DNA from: Kiritimatiellia bacterium
GTDB taxonomy: Bacteria > Verrucomicrobiota > Kiritimatiellia > RFP12 > JBMNHG01
Direction: 5' to 3'
DNA: 28,503 bases
Assembly (NCBI GenBank): GCA_050950285.1
Contig: JBMNHG010000008.1
Location: 806,001-834,503, forward strand
Each line of letters opens with the position of its first letter. The first letter of the stretch is position 1. The notes under the pieces are model-generated. The model searched no databases and had not been told where the DNA came from. It saw nothing but the letters and a program-made list of their open reading frames with translations. A program made the position numbers and the translations under genes. Of the stretch, positions 9,320 to 17,031 are shown one piece after another.

Positions 9320-11489
9320 ATGACGCAGTTGTCCATCGTTTTAGTTGTTCATGAATTTGGTGTGCAACGCAACCGGATGGCCACCCCGCATTTCATGGAC
9401 GCCCTCGGCAGGGAGACCAACACCGTCGTGACGGCGGTCGGCGAGCCCGGAAGCGCCGCCACCCCCGATTGCGGGACGCTCGGCTTCACGGCTTCCGAAA
9501 CGACGGCGTACCCCCACGGCACCGGCGACCACGTCGTCCATGTCGACCGGCGCGGGGTTCGCACGGTCACGACGCGCACGTCGCACGCCGACCGCGAGGA
9601 GAGCGTCACCCTGACGTTCTCGCCGGCGAACCCCGACGTTTGCGTCGTGGCGAGCACGAACATCGCCTACCGGAACGGGCGTTCCATCGCCATCCGAAGC
9701 TGGGACGGCGGCTGGACGCGCGAAACCTCGTGGAGCGACTACGCCGCCGACGGAACACGGCGCGCCTTCTCCGTCACCGAGGCGTCCGATTCACCGAACG
9801 CGGTCACGAATCAAATTTCGCACAGCGATTTCCTCGGGCGGACGGTGGCGACGCTGACGCCCGGCGCCGCAGGCGCGTGGCTCGTCACCTCGAACGCCTA
9901 CGACGGCGCGACCTCGCGCCTGGTTCGCACCGAAACCACCGGACAGCCTGCGACGACCTACCTCTACGACGAGCGCGGCGAGATGGCGGCGACGGTTCAA
10001 AGCGGCGTCGAGACCGCGTCGGAAACCCGCTACGAGAACATCGCCGGGGCATGGTGGCGGGTGGACGTCCGCAGCACGTCGCGCGAGGGCGTCACCAACG
10101 CCGTCGCGACGACCCGCCGGCAGTTGACGGGGCTTTCCAACGCCCTGCGGAGCCGCACGGTGAACACCGGCCCGAACGGCTCGACGACGACGGAATCGGG
10201 CAGCTACAACCCGCAGACTTGCGAACTGACGATGGTTCGCGCCACCGATGCGGCGACGCCATCCACCACCGTCTCGAAGTTCGGGCGTCCAATTCGTCGC
10301 GAATCGCTGCGGGAAACCGTTTACAACTACTTCGACCCGCTCGGGCGCGTTGCATACTCGGAAATGCGCGACCCTGAAACGGGCGTCTATTCCCATTTCC
10401 GCTGGTCGGGACTCGACGAGTCCGACAACGAGACCCACTACGGCATTTATTATTACGACGACGATCTGCACGTCACTGGATCGAGAACCTTCGACGCCTT
10501 CGGCCGCGAAACGTCCCGCACCGACGCCCTCGGCAACACCGTCACCAACACCTACGACGCCCTCGGGCGTCCGGTTGCCGCCACCGGCGCGGCCTACCCC
10601 GTGGCCTACGGGTACGACGCCGCCGGCCGCACGACCGCCCTCGCCACCGCCCGCGGCAACGCCGCCGGCTTCGCCGACCTCGCCGTCCAGCTTGCCGGAG
10701 GCGCGTCCCTCGCGTCCCTTGCGTCCCCTGCGTCCCTCGATCTCACCGCCTGGAACTACGATCATGCCACGGGACTGCTCACCAACAAGGTCTACGCCGA
10801 CGGATCAGCAGTGTCCTACGCGTACACCCCCGACGGCAGGCTTGCCGCCCGCGCCTGGGCGCGCGGACTCGCCACCGCCTACGCCTACAACCCCGACGGC
10901 TTGCTCACCGCCACCACCTACAGCGACAACACGCCGGACATCGTGCTGACATACGACCTCTTCCAGCGCCCTGCTTCCGCCTCCAACGCCGTCGCGCGAT
11001 ACGCCTACCAGAACAGCCACCTCGGCACCGCCACCAACGAGACGGCCACGGTCGGCGGCGACACCGCGACCCTGGCCCGCACCATGGACAACCGCCACCG
11101 CCTGGCGGAACTGCGCGTCGAGGATGCGCCACCCGTTCAATACGGCTACGATGCCGAGAACCGGCACTCCGCCGTCTCCAACACCGCCTTCCGCGCCACC
11201 TACGCCTACACCTCCGACGGCTGGGATGCGGGGTATTCGGTGGCCTTGACGAATGGCGTCGTACTTGCCCGCAACCTGACCCGCGACCCCTACCGCCGCA
11301 GTCTGGTAAAAGCCATCACCAACAGCGCCAGCGGCGTGCCGTACAATCCGCTGGCCTACACCTACGACCTCCTCGACCGCGTCACGTCACGAAACGCCGA
11401 CACCTTCGACTACAACGCCAGAAGCGAAGTCACATCCGCCATCATCCAGCCCGCCCACACCAACCGCTACGCCTTCGACAACATAGGCA
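9320..11489 (+). CDS. Orphan Rhs scaffold (N-terminally truncated), 5' exon of group II intron copy 1
   Basis: Colinear with Rhs1 from ~3673 onward (ATxHxxDAxGR, LTGLSNALRS, YNYFDP, GAAYPVAYGYDA, WNYDxATGLxTNKVYADGS). GGAGG precedes ATG 9320. Ends YAFDNIG-A immediately before the GTGCG intron start. Confidence 0.85.
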
Positions 11490-13422
11490 GTGCGCCAAGC
11501 GAAGCTCGGCGCTTCTTGCGGGGTGGAAGTCCCCGCCGAGTAAGGACCAGCCATCCACTCGTACCGAGTGTTGGCACTATGGAAGAGGAGTCGAATCCGA
11601 ATGAAGTAGTGTAAGCGTACACAGGGAACTCCGCAGGCCGCAGGGAGGATGCACCCTCCCGAAGCGGTTCAGCCCCGTTAATTGATCATGCGCAGGGCGA
11701 CATGTTTGCCGACATGGAAGCCAGCAACAAGGACGCGCAACCGGCTTGCGTCCGGTGACTGCGCCGGGGTCTACGGCGCGCGGCATGCGGAGAGAGAAGC
11801 GAACGGGAACTTGGGAGACCCGCCGCCGTCCGCGTCCGCGAGGGCGCGGTAGCGGCCGCCGAGCCGGAAGGGAAGGCGGCGCGACGCGGCGGCGGGAGTC
11901 AGACCGCCCCATAGTACTCCGGGACGGGCGAGCCGGTCACACGGGGAAGGGGGCGGCGGGGCTGCGAAGCCCGCAAAGGAAACAGGAAAGATGGACACGA
12001 CAGGCTGTCAAACACTGCAAACCTCACTGCGGGGAATAGCGGATCGGGCGCGACGCGACCCGAAGGCGCGATTCCGCGACGTGTACAGGCTGCTCAACGA
12101 GGCGAACCTGCGCGAGTGCTTCCGGGCGTTGCGCAGGGACGCCGCGCCGGGGATTGACCGGGTGACGTTCGACGACTACGAACGCGACCTCGACGCCAAC
12201 CTCGCGGCGCTGGTCGAGCGGCTCAAGCACAAGCGGTACCACGCCCGACTGGTGCGCAGGGTGAACATTCCGAAGGGGGGCGGGGAACTGCGTCCCCTCG
12301 GAATCCCTGTGCTGGAGGACAAACTTCTGCAAATGGCCGTGGCGAAGGTGCTCACGGCGATCTACGAAGAGGACTTCCTGCCGGCGAGCCGGGGCTACCG
12401 TCCCGGCGGCGACGCCCGCGAGGCCAGCCGCGAATGGGCGGCGAGGCTCGGCGGGGGGAGCTATGCGTGGGTGGTCGATGCGGACATCAAGGGCTTCTTC
12501 GAGCACGTCGATCACGACTGGATGCTCAGGATGCTGGAGCTTCGCATCGACGACAAGCCGTTTCTGCGGCTGGTGCGCAAATGGCTCAAGGCGGGGGGTG
12601 CTCGAAACGGACGGACGGGTGCTGCATCCGACGGAGGGGACGCCCCAAGGCGGGGTGGTCTCGCCGGTGCTGGCGAACGTCTACCTGCACTACGCGCTGG
12701 ATCTCTGGTTCGACCGCGTGGTCAGGAGGACGACGCCGGGCCGCTGCGCGATGCTGCGCTACGCCGACGACTTCGTGGTCGCCTTCGAGCGGCGCGAGGA
12801 CGCGGAACGCTTCCTTGGGGAACTGCCCGGGCGACTGGGCAAGTTCGGCCTGGAGCTGTCGGGGGAGAAGACGCGGCTGGTGCGCTTCGAGCGGGGCAAC
12901 CCGTCGGGCGACAACGGCGGCTTCGACTTCCTGGGGTTCCAGTACCACTGGGAGCGTACGCGAAACGGACGCTGGAAGGTGCAGCGCCGGACGGCTCCGA
13001 GCCGTCTCCGGCGGTCGGTGGAACGCTTCGCCGAGTGGATCAAGGCCAACCGGGGCGAACGCCTGCCCGTTCTCATGGAACGGCTGGGGCGCAAGCTCGC
13101 GGGGTACTGGCAGTACTACGGCGTGACGGGCAACGGGCGCAGCCTGTGCAAGTTCTGGAGGCAGGTGGTGGCTGGGCTCTACAAGTGGCTCAACCGCAGA
13201 AGCCAGAAGCGGGGCTTGACCTGGGTCCGTCTCAATGCGATCCTCAAGCGCCACGGGGTGCCGGGACCGCGGATCACCGAGAGCGGGCAGATGCTGTTTT
13301 CCTTCATGGGGGCGCGTTGAAGACCGAGTGCAAAGCGAGCAGTCCCGAAGAGCCCGGTGCGGGAATTCCGCACGCCGGGATCCGTGCGGGGGGCGCCCGG
13401 CAACGGGCGTCCCTACCGCGAT
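11490..13422 (+). mobile_element. Group II intron copy 1 (IIB-like, probably bacterial class E), 1933 nt
   Basis: 5' GTGCG boundary. Domain V GAGCCCGGTGCGGGAATTCCGCACGCCGGGATC at 13350-13382 (AGC triad). Domain VI has a bulged A at 13415 and the intron ends in AT. Internal RT ORF; near-identical to 17032-18963. Confidence 0.95.
11991..13320 (+). pseudogene. ltrA: Group II intron reverse transcriptase/maturase with +1 frameshift
   Basis: RT0-RT7 motifs split across two frames (IPKxxG..RPLGIP, DADIKGFF | GTPQGGVVSP, YADD). G6 run at 12593-12598 versus G5 in intact copy 3. Confidence 0.88.
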
Positions 13423-14366
13423 ACATCATAGCATACGCTGATGAGCAAGGCGCAATCGTGGCCGACTATCTTTATGACGCCTTTGGCCGTACCATAGAGG
13501 CAACGGGTCTGCTTGCGGACACCTTCCGTCACCGCTTCAGCACGAAGTATTATGATACCGAGACAGGACTGTATTACTACGGCTACCGTTTCTACGTACC
13601 CGAACTGATGAGGTGGATCAACAGGGATCCGATTGAGGAAGGTGATGGATGGAATTTATATGAGGTTGTTAGAAACAATCTTGTTAACCACAACGATGTT
13701 TTGGGACTTTGGAAAAAAGGGAAAACTATTGATGGCGGCAAGCGCAGAGTTTACATTCGAGAAAGCGAGGACTCATTTGAAAGTTTGGCCTGTCTTTTGA
13801 AGCTAGACCTAAATGAGGTTCACAAATGGGCAAAGATTCATAACGACAGCAGTAGCCCCGATGGTAAAATTCCATGCGAAGTTTCCGTGCCAAACGAGAT
13901 TGTTGTGTTTACGTCAAAACCATCATGGTATGACAGCTCATTGTCGGTAGTTGCCAACTTTCGTAGTAAAGCAGAAAAACTATCTAAACACTACGAGGCG
14001 AATGGCTATAAAGTTATCTTCAGAAAACACAATGACAATGTTGCAGTATTCAAGTCGCTTTGGAAATCGCCGGATATATACGGGTTTGTTTATGCGGGGC
14101 ATGGAGCATACCCGTTAGGGTTACGAATTAACAGTAGTGCTGATGGAGCCGTCTTTCCGTGTGAAGTGTCTCCGCCTCATAAGTTAGCAATTGGCTTGTT
14201 CTATGCCTGCTACTCAGATAATGAAGGTACAGGCGAATTCGACACATTGGGATCCTGGAAAGATCATGTTGCGATAGAAGCCGGTGCCGAGTACGTGGGG
14301 TATCATGGCTTGGCTTGGTGGTGGAGTGATCCTGTGAATAGCGAGGGCACCAATGACAACAATTAA
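13423..14366 (+). CDS. 3' exon: Rhs core plus C-terminal toxin tip with clan CD (caspase/gingipain-fold) His-Cys motif
   Basis: Reads (N)IIAYADEQG...YDAFG...RFSTKYYDTETGLYYYGYRFY...RWINRDPI...NDVLGL, then a low-GC tip (13710-14366) with FVYAGHG and FYACYS. In frame with exon 9320-11489 after intron removal (A|AC = Asn). Confidence 0.85.
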
Positions 14367-14688
14367 AAGAATAGCTTTCTGGGTTTTCTTAATTGTTGTT
14401 TTCTATGTGCTAGTCACCCAAATTGCAACTGTAATTTTTCAACTCCATTATAATCGAACTGCAACCGTTCGTGCTCGTCAAATTGCAAAGGAGCAAATAC
14501 AATGTGAACGTGAGCGAGTAACCAAAGCAATTGCTGCAATCGAATCGAATTACTTGCATGACGCTATGAGTACATTTACAAACAGCCAAATACTAGACTA
14601 CGCCACCAATACGTTCTGCACGGTTACCAACGAAACGGCGACGGTTGGTGGCAATATCGCCACTCTGCCCCGTGACAATGCTCTGTAA
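14353..14688 (+). CDS. Membrane-anchored probable immunity protein, apparently truncated and fused to Rhs sequence
   Basis: Overlaps the toxin stop and has an N-terminal hydrophobic helix (IAFWVFLIVVFYVLV). The last ~30 aa (TVTNETATVGGNIATL) match Rhs scaffold sequence at ~11025-11075. Confidence 0.6.
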   Translation: MTTIKRIAFWVFLIVVFYVLVTQIATVIFQLHYNRTATVRARQIAKEQIQCERERVTKAIAAIESNYLHDAMSTFTNSQILDYATNTFCTVTNETATVGGNIATLPRDNAL

Positions 14689-15092
14689 CATGGACAACCG
14701 CCATCGGATGAAAACACTGCGCAGCGGCGGTGCCGCTCCCGTCTATTACGGCTACGACTCGGAAAGCCGTCTGTCCACCGTCTCGAATGATGCCTTTTCG
14801 GCAAGCTACGCATATACTGATGACGCTTGGGATGCAGGGTATGACATAATGCTGTACAATGGCGTTACGCTCACTTGTGACCTTACCTGTGACCGCTACC
14901 GCCGCAGTCTGGTAAAGGCCATTACAAACAGCGTTAATAGCATAGCGACAGCTCCATTAGCCTACGCCTACGACAAACTGAACCGCGTCACCAGTCGTAA
15001 CAATGACACTTTTGACTATAATGCCAGAAGCGAGGTCACTGCGGCGGACATTGGAGCCACCATCAGCCGGTATGCCTACGACAACATTGGTA
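14599..15092 (+). pseudogene. Decayed Rhs scaffold fragment, 5' exon of intron copy 2
   Basis: Colinear with 11000-11489 (MDNRHR, YGYDxExR, YRRSLVKAITNS, TFDYNARSEVT, RYAYDNIG). A 13-nt frameshifting insertion sits at 14674-14686. Confidence 0.85.
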
Positions 15093-17031
15093 GTGCGCCA
15101 AGCGAAGCTCGGCGCTTCTTGCGGGGTGGAAGTCTCCGCCGAGCAAGGACCAGCCATCCAGCTCGTACCGAGTGTCGGCACTATGGAAGAGGAGACGAAA
15201 CCGAATGAAGCAGTGCAAGCGTACACAGGGAACTCCGCAGGCCGCAGGGAGGATGCACCCCCTCCGAAGCGGTTCAGCCCCGTCAACACCGATCATGCGC
15301 AGGGCGACATGGTTGCCGACATGGAAGCCAGCAACAAGGACGCGCAACCGGCTTGCGTCCGGTGACTGCGCCGGGGTCTCACGGCGCGCGGCATGCGGAG
15401 AGAGAAGCGAACGGGAACTTGGGAGGCCCGCCGCCGTCCGCGTCCGCTGGGGGCGCGGTAGCGGCCGCCGAGCCGGAAGGGAAGGCGGCGCGACGCGGCG
15501 GCGGGAGTCAGACCGCCCCATGGTACTCCGAGACGGGCGAGCCGGTCACACGGGGAAGGGGGCGGCGGGGCTGCGAAGCCCGCAAAGGGAACAGAGAAGA
15601 TGGACGCGACAGGCTGTCAAACACTGCAAACCTCACTGCGGGGAACAGCGGATCGGGCGCGACGCGACCCGAAGGCGCGATTCCGCGACGTGTACAGGCT
15701 GCTCGACGAGGCGAACCTGCGCGAGTGCTTCCGGGCGCTCCGCAGGGACGCCGCGCCGGGGATCGACCGGGTGACGTTCGACGACTACGAACGCGACCTC
15801 GACGCCAACCTCGCCGCGCTGGTCGAGCGGCTGAAGCGCAAGCGGCACCACGCCCGACTCGTGCGCAGGGTGAACATTCCGAAGGGGGGCGGGAAGCTGC
15901 GTCCCCTCGGAATCCCCGCGCTGGAGGACAAACTTCTGCAAATGGCCGTGGCGAAGGTGCTTACGGCTATCTACGAAGAGGACTTCCTGCCGGCGAGCCG
16001 GGGCTACCGTCCCGGCGGCGACGCCCGCGAGGCCAGCCGCGAATGGGCGGCGAGGCTCGGCGGGGGGAGCTATGCGTGGGTGGTCGATGCGGACGTCAAG
16101 GGCTTCTTCGAGCACGTCGATCACGACTGGATGCTCAGGATGCTGGAGCTTCGCATCGACGACAAGCCGTTCCTGCGGCTGGTGCGCAAGTGGCTCAAGG
16201 CGGGGGTGCTCGAAACGGACGGACGGGTCGCTCCATCCGACGGAAGGGACGCCCCAGGGCGGGGTGGTCTCGCCGGTGCTCGCGAACGTCTACCTGCACT
16301 ACGCGCTCGACCTCTGGTTCGACCGCGTGGTCAGGAGGACGACGCCGGGCCGATGCGTGATGCTGCGCTACGCCGACGACTTCGTGGTCGCCTTCGAGCG
16401 GCGCGAGGACGCGGAACGCTTCCTTGGGGAACTGCCCGGGCGACTCGGCAAGTTCGGCCTGGAGCTGTCGGGGGAGAAGACGCGGCTGGTGCGCTTCGAG
16501 CGGGGCAACCCGTCGGGCGACAACGGCGGCTTCGACTTCCTGGGGTTCCAGTACCACTGGGAGCGTACGCGAAACGGACGCTGGAAGGTGCAGCGCCGGA
16601 CGGCTCCGAGCCGTCTCCGGCGGTCGGTGGAACGCTTCGCCGAGTGGATCAAGGCCAACCGGGGCGAACGCCTGCCCGTTCTCATGGAACGGCTGGGGCG
16701 CAAGCTCGCGGGGTACTGGCAATATTACGGCGTATCGGGCAACGGACGCAGCCTGTGCAAGTTCTGGAGGCAGGTGGTGGCTGGGCTCTACAAGTGGCTC
16801 AACCGCAGAAGCCAGAAGCGGGGCTTGACCTGGGTCCGTCTCAATGCGATCCTCAAGCGCCACGGGGTGCCGGGACCGCGGATCACCGAGAGCGGGCAGA
16901 TGCTGTTTTCCTTCATGGGCGCGCGTTGAAGACCGAGTGCAAAGCGAGCAGTCCCGAAGAGCCCGGTGCGGGAATTCCGCACGCCGGGATCCGTGCGGGG
17001 GGCGCCCGGCAACGGGCGTCCCTACCGCGAT
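15093..17031 (+). mobile_element. Group II intron copy 2 (divergent 5' half), 1939 nt
   Basis: GTGCG start after TACGACAACATTGGTA. Same domain V/VI and CTACCGCGAT end as copies 1 and 3. Confidence 0.95.
15600..16929 (+). pseudogene. ltrA: Group II intron reverse transcriptase/maturase with +1 frameshift
   Basis: Same RT as copy 3 but with an extra base near 16229 (CGGGTCGCTC vs CGGGTGCTG). GTPQGG and YADD lie in the shifted frame. Confidence 0.88.

Noticed and set aside
11490..11614. C-terminal tail SAPSEARRFLRGGS... of ORFs 9320-11614, 14645-15208 and 15600-17156 as a repeated protein domain
   Set aside because: It is read-through translation of the intron 5' end.
11600..11700. EBS2 pairing to the conserved upstream exon GACAAC
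   Set aside because: I found no GTTGTC-like complement in domain I by eye, so no EBS2 is claimed.
11991..14366. Genuine evolved RT-Rhs fusion protein (791 aa ORF)
   Set aside because: It arises from one extra G. The middle is the alternate frame of the RT plus intron RNA domains and lacks YADD.
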